This document shows, piece by piece, positions 46,356-55,546 of a stretch of 55,546 bases of DNA. How positions within the stretch are numbered: the first letter of the stretch is position 1; the number at the start of each line of letters is the position of its first letter. The position numbers and the translations under genes are program-made. The notes below the pieces were generated by a model that was not told the DNA's origin, made no database searches, and saw only the letters and a program-made list of their open reading frames with translations. Location: contig JABLTJ010000032.1 in assembly GCA_013166775.1 (NCBI GenBank), positions 1 through 55,546 of the forward strand, written 5' to 3'. Origin of the DNA: Promethearchaeati archaeon. GTDB lineage: Archaea > Asgardarchaeota > Heimdallarchaeia > Heimdallarchaeales > Heimdallarchaeaceae.

Positions 46356-46514
46356 AATCTTCTCTTCTTTTGAATGTGATACAAACCGTTATCTAAAATA
46401 AACACTTAAAAATAAATTTATCTGCGAGTAATAAAATTACTTAACAAGCCAAAACGCAATCTTAGAAACTGTCAATTTACAAAATTATTAATATTGCATT
46501 CTATTTAGGAAAAT

Positions 46515-48296
46515 GTGAATCAAAAAGGTTCTAGAAAGGAAATGAGTTACAAGAAATGGTTCTTTAAACATTTAGTGAAAGAGAAATTATTATCCATAGT
46601 TCTACTTATATTTCTCACTATCTATATTGCTACCACTTCAGTAACGCCGTTTTTTATTGGAGATATCTTTGGAGAACTAGCTAAAGAAAATAGATCATTT
46701 AGCATAATCTTGAGAACAGCATTATTAATTGCTTTAGCTGGAGTGATTAGAGCAGCTGCTGATTTTGTTCAAAGTTACATGAATGAAGTTCTTGCACATA
46801 AAGTCACTAAAAATGTTACTGAAGAATTCTATAACGATATGCTAGAAAAAAGCCAGGAATTTCATGACAGGATTAAAGTGGGAGATATTATGGCTAGAGC
46901 AACTTATGATACTAGACAGATGAATATTTTCATCTCACCAGGATTGAAATTTTTATTTGAAGCTTCTTTCACTCTAATCTTCTCTGTTTCTTTTATGATA
47001 TGGATCAGCCCAAAATTAGCTCTACTCTTAGCAGCAGCGTTGCCTTTTTACATAATAACAATCTATGATTATTACAAAAAATTAGGACCAGTTTCGAAAG
47101 CTCAAGTAGAGCAGAACAGCATTATGAATATTAGACTACAGGAAAGTATCACAGGTATACGAGTAATAAGAAATTTCGTCAAGGAAAAAGAAGAGATAAA
47201 GGAATTTGATTATGAAACAGATAGGTTGAGAGAAATCAATACAAAAAGAGGTATTATTAGTGCGAAATACTATCCTATTGCAATCACTACTCTTGTTATA
47301 GCACTAAGCTTTCTTTGGGGATCAAATCTAGTAACAAATGGTAATTTATCCCTTGATGATTTAATCACATTTGTATTTCTTATGATGACGCTTACAATGC
47401 CTACCTGGCAAGCAGGAAGAGTTGTAACACAATTCCAAATAGGGATGGCAGCAGCTAAAAGAATCTATGAAATGAAGGAACGAGAGGAATATGTTCCTGA
47501 ACCTTCAACACCTACTGAATGGTCTGGATATCAAGGATCAATTAAATTTGACAGGTTATCCTTTTCATACAAAAGTGGAAGTACCCGAAAAAAAGCTCTT
47601 GACAAAATAAATCTCCATATCTCTGGAGGGTCAACTGTTGCCATAATTGGCAATCCAGGATCAGGAAAATCTACTCTCATCAAATTACTCATGCGTTTAT
47701 ATGATCCAACCGAAGGTAAAATTAGTATTAATGGAATAGAAATAAAGGATATGTGTTTATCCAATCTACGAGAACACATAGGAGTAATAGAGCAAGAAGT
47801 ATTTCTATTTAGCAAGTCAATAAGAGATAATATTGCATACGGGAAAGCAGAAGCTACTCTTGAAGAAATAGAAGCAGTTGCAAAACTAGCTCAAGCTCAT
47901 GAGTTTATTATGAATTTTGAAAATGGATATGACACGATTGTTGGTGAAAGAGGTGTAACACTTTCAGGGGGTCAAAAACAACGCATTGCTATAGCTAGAG
48001 CGCTTTTAGTTAACCCATCAATCTTGATTCTAGACGATGCTAGTAGCGCAATTGATGCTGAAACAGAAAGAAAAATTCAAACAGCAATTGCAAATGTTTT
48101 GAAGAATAGAACCACATTTGTTATTACTCATAGATTGGCAACTATCAAGAATGCTGATCTCATCATGGTTATGAGAAATGGAAAATTAATAGATTCTGGT
48201 GCACATGATGATTTGATTTTGAGAAACCCTGATTATCGAAATCTATTTGAAAGATTTTCAGAGTTACCACCAATTCAAATAAAGGAGGGAGTTTAA
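46515..48296 (+). CDS. ABC exporter TMD-NBD subunit (heterodimer, degenerate Walker B)
   Basis: GNPGSGKS, LSGGQKQR, LILDDASSA (Asp in place of the catalytic Glu). Confidence 0.92.
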   Translation: MNQKGSRKEMSYKKWFFKHLVKEKLLSIVLLIFLTIYIATTSVTPFFIGDIFGELAKENRSFSIILRTALLIALAGVIRAAADFVQSYMNEVLAHKVTKNVTEEFYNDMLEKSQEFHDRIKVGDIMARATYDTRQMNIFISPGLKFLFEASFTLIFSVSFMIWISPKLALLLAAALPFYIITIYDYYKKLGPVSKAQVEQNSIMNIRLQESITGIRVIRNFVKEKEEIKEFDYETDRLREINTKRGIISAKYYPIAITTLVIALSFLWGSNLVTNGNLSLDDLITFVFLMMTLTMPTWQAGRVVTQFQIGMAAAKRIYEMKEREEYVPEPSTPTEWSGYQGSIKFDRLSFSYKSGSTRKKALDKINLHISGGSTVAIIGNPGSGKSTLIKLLMRLYDPTEGKISINGIEIKDMCLSNLREHIGVIEQEVFLFSKSIRDNIAYGKAEATLEEIEAVAKLAQAHEFIMNFENGYDTIVGERGVTLSGGQKQRIAIARALLVNPSILILDDASSAIDAETERKIQTAIANVLKNRTTFVITHRLATIKNADLIMVMRNGKLIDSGAHDDLILRNPDYRNLFERFSELPPIQIKEGV

Positions 48297-48297
48297 T

Positions 48298-50109
48298 TTG
48301 ATGAGAGGTTTTGAGAAAAAGGAATCGTATGATAGACAGTATTCAGACAAGGATCTCATTAAACGTTTCTTCAAATATTTATCTCCTTATTTCTTAATGG
48401 TGATTCTAATTATTCTTGGAGTTGTTGCAACTGCTATTATAACTATCTTCCCTCCCACAATGGTACAAAATGCATTTGATGTTCTAGAAGCAAATGCTGG
48501 ATGGACTGAAGTTTTACCATTTGCAATCGGATATGTTCTATTATCTTTGCTTTCTTGGATTTTTCAAGTTTTTCTAGGAATTATTGTAACAATCGTTACA
48601 CAAAAAATTATTAAACAAATTCAGATTGAAACTTATATCAGCTTACAAGAGCATGATCTATTGTTCTTTGATACGGAATCTACCGGAAAAATCATGAGTA
48701 GAGTAACAAATGATACTCAAGAATTAGCAGACATGTTGAATATAATCTCACAATTTTTATCAAATTTCTTCATACTGATTACAGTACTAATTTGGATGTT
48801 TGTAGTTAATTGGAGATTATCCTTTGTTACTATAGGTATGGCACCATTTGTTATGTTAGTTGCGCTTATCTTTAGAAAAATAACAAGAATGACAACCGGA
48901 GATTGGAGAGCAGCTATTGGTGAAGTAAACGCTTCTTTCCAAGAAAGTGTTTCAGGAATCTCTATAGCTAAAGCTTTTGGAAGAGAAAAGAAATCAAAAG
49001 AGGAATTTGAAGTTATAAATTATGATACTTACAGGTATGCAAAAAAAAGAGCTTTTGCAGTGATGGGTGTTTACCCCCTAATGGATGGGATTAGTGTAAT
49101 AGGGATGTTTGGAATTACACTTTATGGTAGCTCTTTGATTTTAGGTGATTTGGCATCTCCTTCAGTCATTCTCCTTTTTCTTCTCCTCCTCAATCGATTT
49201 ATATATCCCCTTGTCAGAGTAGCATCTCAATATTCTACAATTCAAAGTGGTTTTGCTGCCATGGAGAGAGTTTTTAGCATCATAGATGCTGAAAAGGAAA
49301 TTACAAATCCACTAGATTCTATAATAAAGAAAATCGATGGTCAGATTAGTTTTGAAAAAGTTTATCATCAATATGTGGAAGGAACACCGGTTCTAAAAGA
49401 TATTAATATGGAAATTCAATCAGGTGAATCTATAGCAATTGTCGGTCACACAGGAGTAGGAAAAACAACAATTGCTTCCTTACTTATGAGGTTTTATGAT
49501 ATCTATGAAGGTTCAATAAAAATCGATGGTGTCGATGTTCGTGATTATGATTTACAATGTCTCAGATCCCAAATTGGATTAGTGAGTCAGGATGTCTTTC
49601 TATTTAGTGGAACAGTATTAGACAATATCAAGTATGGTCATCCTAATGCTACTTTAGAAGAAATTGAAAAAGTAATAGACATAGTTGATGCTAAAGAGTT
49701 CATAGATGCTATGCCAGACGGATTCGAAACAGAATTAGGAGAACGTGGAAAAGGGCTTTCAGCAGGACAAAGACAAATGATTTCTTTTGCTAGAACATTA
49801 CTAAGTAATCCTCGAATTTTGATTCTTGATGAGGCTACAGCAGCAGTAGATGCGTACACTGAGTGGAAAATCCAAGAAGCTCTAGATAGCTTATTAGCCG
49901 ATAGAACGTCAATAGTTATTGCTCATAGACTAACAACAATCAAAAACTCTGATAGAATAATAGTCATGGATCAAGGGAAAATAGTTGAAGAAGGCAATCA
50001 TGAAAATTTGATGAAAGATGAAGGCTTGTATTCTGAGCTCTATGAGACTTATTTCAAACACCAATCATCTGAATGGATATCGGAAATAAGTGAAGTATTT
50101 ACTGATTAG
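48298..50109 (+). CDS. ABC exporter TMD-NBD subunit (heterodimer partner)
   Basis: GHTGVGKT, LSAGQRQ, LILDEATAA, AHRL; TM287/288-like asymmetric pair. Confidence 0.92.
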   Translation: MMRGFEKKESYDRQYSDKDLIKRFFKYLSPYFLMVILIILGVVATAIITIFPPTMVQNAFDVLEANAGWTEVLPFAIGYVLLSLLSWIFQVFLGIIVTIVTQKIIKQIQIETYISLQEHDLLFFDTESTGKIMSRVTNDTQELADMLNIISQFLSNFFILITVLIWMFVVNWRLSFVTIGMAPFVMLVALIFRKITRMTTGDWRAAIGEVNASFQESVSGISIAKAFGREKKSKEEFEVINYDTYRYAKKRAFAVMGVYPLMDGISVIGMFGITLYGSSLILGDLASPSVILLFLLLLNRFIYPLVRVASQYSTIQSGFAAMERVFSIIDAEKEITNPLDSIIKKIDGQISFEKVYHQYVEGTPVLKDINMEIQSGESIAIVGHTGVGKTTIASLLMRFYDIYEGSIKIDGVDVRDYDLQCLRSQIGLVSQDVFLFSGTVLDNIKYGHPNATLEEIEKVIDIVDAKEFIDAMPDGFETELGERGKGLSAGQRQMISFARTLLSNPRILILDEATAAVDAYTEWKIQEALDSLLADRTSIVIAHRLTTIKNSDRIIVMDQGKIVEEGNHENLMKDEGLYSELYETYFKHQSSEWISEISEVFTD

Positions 50110-50304
50110 TACCTCTTTATTTGTTTATTAATTCATTAGCTCCTTTATATAATCTATAGAACAATAAACTGTAAATTGGATTTATTAGTAACATCTGAAT
50201 TAGAAATAACTAGATATGAAAGGAATCCTTTCTTAAAGAGTAAGATTCAGAATCATTGAAATTTGCAGAGCTAAAGATTTGAAAAGACTTAAATTATTGT
50301 TATC

Positions 50305-51021
50305 ATGCGTCTAAGCATAAGAGAAAGAAGAAATTCATTTTCACCTAAGTGGATTGGTATAGCTTTAATTACTTGTATAATTATTTCCCTTTTAACAAGA
50401 AGTATTGAATACATAGTGAGTCGTCGTGCTCTTACATATGGAAAAATAGATTCTTTACAATATAACATGTTTTTAAATACAACATTTTACAGTATGTTCT
50501 ATCTAATGAACCTGGTTATTGTAGGATTACTGATTGTTTACTTCTTCTTCAACAGAAATCAAGAAAAATCACGAAAAGAGCATAGAATAGGTTTTACTAC
50601 ATCTCTGATAACCTTAGGTTTACAGATTGTGACGATTATATTATATATTCTTGCAGAAGTTCGGAAGTATAACTTCTTATTTAGACTTGGAATACTTAAA
50701 TCACAGTTATTTTTTAATATATCCTTCTTCGTTTCCTATTTCATCGTTTTAGTAATTTATTGGAAGATAATATTTGCTAGCAAATCAGTGAGTTCTAGTA
50801 CAACATTTCTAAGTTTTTCATTGCTTGCATTTGGTTTGTGCGTTTTCTTAATAGCTATGGATCAAATACTAATGTTCTTAATACTTGGTTATCATAGCAC
50901 TGGACTTGCCTTAACTTATACATTTTTTGATTATGCATTTAAGATTTTTTATAGCGTCTTTGCAGTAATTGCCGGAACAACAATAATTCAAGTATCACAA
51001 CAAAAGGATGATTTGGTTTAA
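50305..51021 (+). CDS. Hypothetical six-TM membrane protein
   Basis: Alternating hydrophobic segments over 238 aa. Confidence 0.65.
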   Translation: MRLSIRERRNSFSPKWIGIALITCIIISLLTRSIEYIVSRRALTYGKIDSLQYNMFLNTTFYSMFYLMNLVIVGLLIVYFFFNRNQEKSRKEHRIGFTTSLITLGLQIVTIILYILAEVRKYNFLFRLGILKSQLFFNISFFVSYFIVLVIYWKIIFASKSVSSSTTFLSFSLLAFGLCVFLIAMDQILMFLILGYHSTGLALTYTFFDYAFKIFYSVFAVIAGTTIIQVSQQKDDLV

Positions 51022-51287
51022 GAAGAAAGACAAATACATAATAGATAGAAATAAGACTGCAAGTTAATTCTTTGTTGATTTCTCATCTAACTCTAGTTAT
51101 TTGCTTAGATTATAAAAAATCATTCGACTAATTTTATGGAAAAGTAAAAATATTCTTTCTTAGCCCTTTAGAGATTTTTATTTCGTTCTTAAGGTGTGCT
51201 AAACTCTTTTATTAGATGAAGTAATTCTCCCCTTTTTTCCTATTTTTCTATTTCTTAGAATTAATGGTCATTCCACAAGAATATAAT

Positions 51288-52391
51288 TCATTCTTTATTC
51301 TTCGAAATCATTCTTTTCTTTAATTTTTTAATCAAGAAATAAATTCCTACTACAATACCAACGATAATCAAAACGATAGCTGTAATAGGTAAAACTCTGT
51401 AGACGAAAATAAAGGTTCTTTTCCATTTTTTATAACTATCAAAACCTTTCTCTGCTGTTTCTTCAGAGAAATAATCAGAGATTGGAACAGCTTTGGATCC
51501 ACTAAAATCTAATTCTTCAGTTACGTTAATTTCTGCTGTTTCATAGAATTGACCCATGTAATTGAGGTAAAGCATTTTATTTATTGGGTCAAATGCGTTT
51601 GAATAATGAGTAAATGAACCTCCTCTTTTAGGAAAATGAACAGCTTCTAAAATCTCATTAAATTTCTCAGGTGTAAGGTCTTCTTCGCTTTCGATTTCAC
51701 TCAATAATTCATATGAAGCTTCATAACGCCAGCAAGGATAAGTACCACTCTTATTGTTAGCTCTGTTGAAATTTGTCTGTGTAAGAAAACCATCTTCTCC
51801 TGTAGTTTTACGAGTAAAAACGAGTTCTCCATCTGTCCCTGGACTGATGATTACAATATCACCGAATGCATCTGCAAAGAGCCATTGATACCACCAGTAC
51901 CCTGACCAATCGCAGCTTTTGAAGAAATCAATTACTTCACTGACATTTGCATTTAATCTTAAAACATCCTTCGTTATCCAATTTCCTGCAACAGTATAAG
52001 TTGGATTTGGAGGAGTGTTCACAGGAGTATCAGGAATGCCTGTTAGATCATAACATAGTCCTTGATCATTCATTCCACCTTGGATACTGACTGAAATTTC
52101 TTCCCAGTACCAGCCAACAAACGCACACCCATAACCTTCAGCATCAGCACTATAGTAAAACATTCGACTGCTTAAAGGATCCATACCCAGTGGGTGATTT
52201 AACCCTCCATCTTCGCTATTACCGAAGAGAGCAGTATCACCAAAGGAAGCAGAAAAATTTGTGCAAGAAAGATTCTTATCTGGCAGATTATTTGAATAAG
52301 CTGTAGATTGAATACTACTGAAAAGTAAACAGGATATAAAAGTAAAAATAATTACTGACGATCTTAATAAATTGGAGCTTTTCTTTTTCAT
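51288..52391 (-). CDS. Secreted Ntn-hydrolase (C45/C59-like, Cys nucleophile) with C-terminal TM anchor
   Basis: Signal peptide, then SCTNF..LFGNSED, GGMNDQGL, LFADAFG, QTNF, CWRY; C-terminal TM plus Lys cluster. Confidence 0.78.
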   Translation of the reverse strand: MKKKSSNLLRSSVIIFTFISCLLFSSIQSTAYSNNLPDKNLSCTNFSASFGDTALFGNSEDGGLNHPLGMDPLSSRMFYYSADAEGYGCAFVGWYWEEISVSIQGGMNDQGLCYDLTGIPDTPVNTPPNPTYTVAGNWITKDVLRLNANVSEVIDFFKSCDWSGYWWYQWLFADAFGDIVIISPGTDGELVFTRKTTGEDGFLTQTNFNRANNKSGTYPCWRYEASYELLSEIESEEDLTPEKFNEILEAVHFPKRGGSFTHYSNAFDPINKMLYLNYMGQFYETAEINVTEELDFSGSKAVPISDYFSEETAEKGFDSYKKWKRTFIFVYRVLPITAIVLIIVGIVVGIYFLIKKLKKRMISKNKE

Positions 52392-52511
52392 AAAATCACT
52401 TTATGACTATATTTAGAATTCTAACTGATTTGTTATACGATACTTATAAAACTAAACATTGGAATATTATCTGTAAAAAATAGAAGAAAAAAAGGAAATT
52501 TGTTCTTAAAT

Positions 52512-53756
52512 TCAATCACTTGCATGCAGAATAGATTGAACTTTCTTTTTGCTTTCACTGAAACTTGTGGATTGATTTGATTTGGACTGTTTCTTACTTC
52601 TGGTTCTAGGACTGAAGTAAAGTCTTTGAATCGGTTTTTTCATGAATTTTTCTATTTCACGGAGCAGTTTCATTTGATCACTAACAACTAACGAAATTGC
52701 TTTGCCATCATGTTCCATTCGTGAAGTTCTTCCTATTCGATGAACATATATTTCTGGTCCTTCTCTTGGTAAATCAAAATTGAATATGTGTGTTACATGT
52801 GGGATATCCAATCCTCTTGCTGCAACATTTGTAGCGATTAGACAATCAAATCTCTCGTTCCTGAAATCTTTCAAAATAAGTTCTCTTTGATTTTGAGTCT
52901 TTTCTCCATGCAATGTATTGAATCTTAATTTAAGATTCCTCTCTTGCGATAAGCGTTTACGTAGTTTATCTCCCCAACGTCTTGTATTAACAAAAATAAT
53001 CGAGGATTTGGGTTTTTCTTCTTTAAGTATATTGACAAAAGAGGTATATTTTTGCTTATTTTCTCTGATCATGTAATAATACTGCTTACAGTTCTCAACC
53101 GTTAGATCATCCTTGCTAACATTTACTTCAACTACCTTGTCACCTTTGGTGAACTGTCTTGCAATTTTATTAATCTGCTTGAGCATTGTTGCTGAAAATA
53201 ATAATAAGCGAGGAGAGACTCTTTTCATAGCATCAAAAAGAATGAATTGTATGTCAGGAAGGAATCCCATATCGAGCATTCTATCTGCTTCATCTAAAAC
53301 AACGAATCTTACGTTGTCAAATGAAATCGCTCTTCTTCGGTAAAGATCCATAAGTCTACCAGGAGTCGCTATAACAATCTGAGCTCCTGATTTAATCTCC
53401 TTCCTTTGTCTGTCTAGAGAGACCCCACCATAAACCTCTACTGCTTTTAGTTTTCGAAACTTTGTTAATTGTCTAAAAACACTGTGTACTTGTTTACATA
53501 ATTCTCTAGTAGGTACTAATACAACTGCCTGAACTGAGCTTTGTTTAGTGCTAATCTGGTTAACTATAGGAATAGCAAATGCTAATGTCTTCCCTGTTCC
53601 AGTCTTTGCTTGAGCAAGAACATGAGTCTTCCCTCCATCAAGAAGCTGAGGAATAGCTTTTCTCTGTATTTCTGTTGGAGTATGAATACTCATCTCTTCT
53701 AAAGCACGTTTAATCTGTATATTTAAATCGTAATCTTGAAATTTCATTGATACCAC
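52512..53756 (-). CDS. DEAD-box RNA helicase (DeaD/CshA-like)
   Basis: Q motif PTEIQ, AKTGTGKT, PTREL, TPGR, LDEADRMLDMGF, SAT, ARGLD, HRIGRT. Confidence 0.95.
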   Translation of the reverse strand: MVSMKFQDYDLNIQIKRALEEMSIHTPTEIQRKAIPQLLDGGKTHVLAQAKTGTGKTLAFAIPIVNQISTKQSSVQAVVLVPTRELCKQVHSVFRQLTKFRKLKAVEVYGGVSLDRQRKEIKSGAQIVIATPGRLMDLYRRRAISFDNVRFVVLDEADRMLDMGFLPDIQFILFDAMKRVSPRLLLFSATMLKQINKIARQFTKGDKVVEVNVSKDDLTVENCKQYYYMIRENKQKYTSFVNILKEEKPKSSIIFVNTRRWGDKLRKRLSQERNLKLRFNTLHGEKTQNQRELILKDFRNERFDCLIATNVAARGLDIPHVTHIFNFDLPREGPEIYVHRIGRTSRMEHDGKAISLVVSDQMKLLREIEKFMKKPIQRLYFSPRTRSKKQSKSNQSTSFSESKKKVQSILHASD

Positions 53757-54039
53757 TTGTCTAACCTAACCTAAAACCAAGTATCAATTCCTTGAGGTAT
53801 GATTCTAAGCAATTATTTAGGGCGTTGAAAAAAACTTTAGCAAAATAATTACTTATTTCTAATCTTCCTCAACTACAAACATGATTGAGGAGTGGGTTTT
53901 AAAAGACTTCGATTGAACAGAAAAATTTCATAATAAAAAGAAAGAAAACTCAACCCCCTAGAAGAACAGAAATTAAGTACAACTTTTTTTATTCTGAGAG
54001 AGATTCTGATTAAATCTCAAGAATAGTAAGAGAGAAGAG

Positions 54040-55278
54040 TTATTTTCTTCTCTTTCGTTTTTGGAACTTTAATATGAGAAAAACAATTAAAAAGCTCGAT
54101 AATAATTCATAAAATGTATATGTTAGAAATTTAGTTTCTGTTAAGAAACTGTAGAATCTGATAATGCCTTGTAAAACATCGTTCTCATTTGTGAAAATAC
54201 CAACCTCGTAGAATTTATCATTTGAAGTAGCAGAGCATTTCATGGTATCAAAATCTTCTTCAGGATCTATATTAACTATAGTATGATTAAATTTCATATT
54301 TCCTTCATCGTTAATTAAAATAAATTCTCCCCTTTTCACTTTTGCACTATTTTTAATACCAGAAATAATTCTGTTTACGCCAATAAATTTTCCATTGTAA
54401 TTAATTGCGGGAAAAGCAACATTACCATACAAATTCATCCATGACATTTCCCAAAGGATTTCATTTTTATCTGAAATTAGAAGAAGATAAGATGGAGAAT
54501 AAGCTATAGAAGCATTATTATGAATAACAAATATATCAGTTTCTAAAGATGTAATTGCTTGAATTTCAGTAGGAAAATCATGCTGCCAGACTTTTTCTCC
54601 AGAACCTGGAATAATTTTGTAAAGAGATTTTTCTATACCTACGAAAAGTGTATTAGTTATAGATTCACTTAAGTGAATTAATGGGAAGAAAGGCAAGGAT
54701 TCATTGGAAAATGTAAAAGTGCAATTCCAATTAATATCACCAAACCCATTAAATTGAAGGATACTAATTTTGTCAATTATAGAATTTGATGTTACAGTAG
54801 AGTTAAAAAAATAACCAAATAAATGTCCATATTCTGATATGTGTATTTCATAGAGAAGTTGATCATGTATTGTTCTATTAATTGACACTGTATTAACTAA
54901 ATTTAGATTTTTGTTATACTTTTTAACATCAAAGTTTTCAGAACTAATAGATATAAAATAAAGAAAGCCATATCTATCAATATGAAAACTATCAATATGA
55001 AAATTAGGAACTAAACCAGTTGAAAAACTACCAGTTGAAACTAAAATCCCCTCAGTATTATATATGAGAAAATCAGCAGAATAAAGAGACTTATAAGAAC
55101 AAACATGGACATTATCACTATCATCAATTCCCAAAGAGGATACACCATTTTCAAAATCAATCTGCCATTGAAGTGTTGATTGAGTTTTAGAACTAACTAA
55201 CTGTGGAAATAAGAATGTAAGAAATAAAAGTAGAATTAAGAGGAATGAGGAAGTCTTAGACATTAATTTTTCATCCAA
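54040..55278 (-). CDS. Secreted beta-propeller-like protein with C-terminal TM anchor
   Basis: Signal peptide, repeated W-containing blades (LQWQ, INWN, KVWQ, ILWE), TM followed by KRKRRK. Confidence 0.65.
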   Translation of the reverse strand: MDEKLMSKTSSFLLILLLFLTFLFPQLVSSKTQSTLQWQIDFENGVSSLGIDDSDNVHVCSYKSLYSADFLIYNTEGILVSTGSFSTGLVPNFHIDSFHIDRYGFLYFISISSENFDVKKYNKNLNLVNTVSINRTIHDQLLYEIHISEYGHLFGYFFNSTVTSNSIIDKISILQFNGFGDINWNCTFTFSNESLPFFPLIHLSESITNTLFVGIEKSLYKIIPGSGEKVWQHDFPTEIQAITSLETDIFVIHNNASIAYSPSYLLLISDKNEILWEMSWMNLYGNVAFPAINYNGKFIGVNRIISGIKNSAKVKRGEFILINDEGNMKFNHTIVNIDPEEDFDTMKCSATSNDKFYEVGIFTNENDVLQGIIRFYSFLTETKFLTYTFYELLSSFLIVFLILKFQKRKRRK

Positions 55279-55546
55279 AAATACTTGATTTTAAGAATTT
55301 AAGTATTTCCTTATAATTCAAAATGAACGAAAAAGAAATCACTCCTCCCAGTTGATAAAAATCTAATTTAGTATACACCCATCTGATATCCTTGAGAGAG
55401 GTCTCGATATGGATCAAGTGCTCCATCTGAATAATTGAACTAGCCTTTTTAAAATACTGTAAAGCATCCTACTTTTTTAGATACTCCACCTAATGAGAAA
55501 CAAGTTCTTGAGCTTGTATTTTAGAAAATAACTTAATCTACCTTGC

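Noticed and set aside
46515-50109. Degenerate Walker B and signature motifs in the ABC pair as a novelty
   Set aside because: This asymmetry is the standard pattern of heterodimeric exporters such as TM287/288 and TmrAB.
53761-53774. CTAAC-CTAAC-CTAA (TTAGG telomere-like) microrepeat
   Set aside because: Fewer than three units; expected by chance.
55279-55546. Possible decayed gene at the right edge
   Set aside because: Every frame I translated contains stops and no motif is recognisable; it cannot be resolved without the flanking sequence.
1-55546. CRISPR arrays, tRNA/rRNA genes, IS elements and proviral genes
   Set aside because: I saw no regularly spaced repeats, cloverleaf or rRNA-like GC-rich blocks, or transposase/integrase motifs. 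This was by eye; tRNAscan-SE, Infernal and ISEScan were not run.

Overview
AT-rich, gene-dense prokaryotic chromosomal window with about 50 CDS and no recognisable rRNA, tRNA, CRISPR array, transposase or integrase. An archaeal origin is indicated by a PAC2 proteasome chaperone, XPD- and Hef-family helicases and TATA-like boxes about 25-30 nt upstream of many start codons (leaderless layout). An Asgard/Heimdallarchaeia-like host is plausible but is inference. Content is mostly accessory metabolism: tandem reductive-dehalogenase-like Fe-S proteins, radical SAM enzymes and methyltransferases, many peptidases/amidohydrolases, two LuxC/ALDH-fold proteins, patatin, DegV, an HHxxxD acyltransferase, transporters and membrane-anchored secreted proteins. 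The best candidate for an undescribed system is at 15872-19428: a Hef/FANCM/XPF-family protein with degenerate helicase motifs I, V and VI, no ERCC4 nuclease domain and a retained HhH2-like tail, encoded directly upstream of an XPD/Rad3 helicase. That XPD is split by an exact 10-bp tandem duplication (17390-17409). Features missing from the ORF track include a 45-aa CPxCG zinc-finger microprotein (26008-26145) and a probable pseudogene with a frameshift plus a TAG (29334-29794). All family assignments come from motif recognition by eye; no database searches were run.
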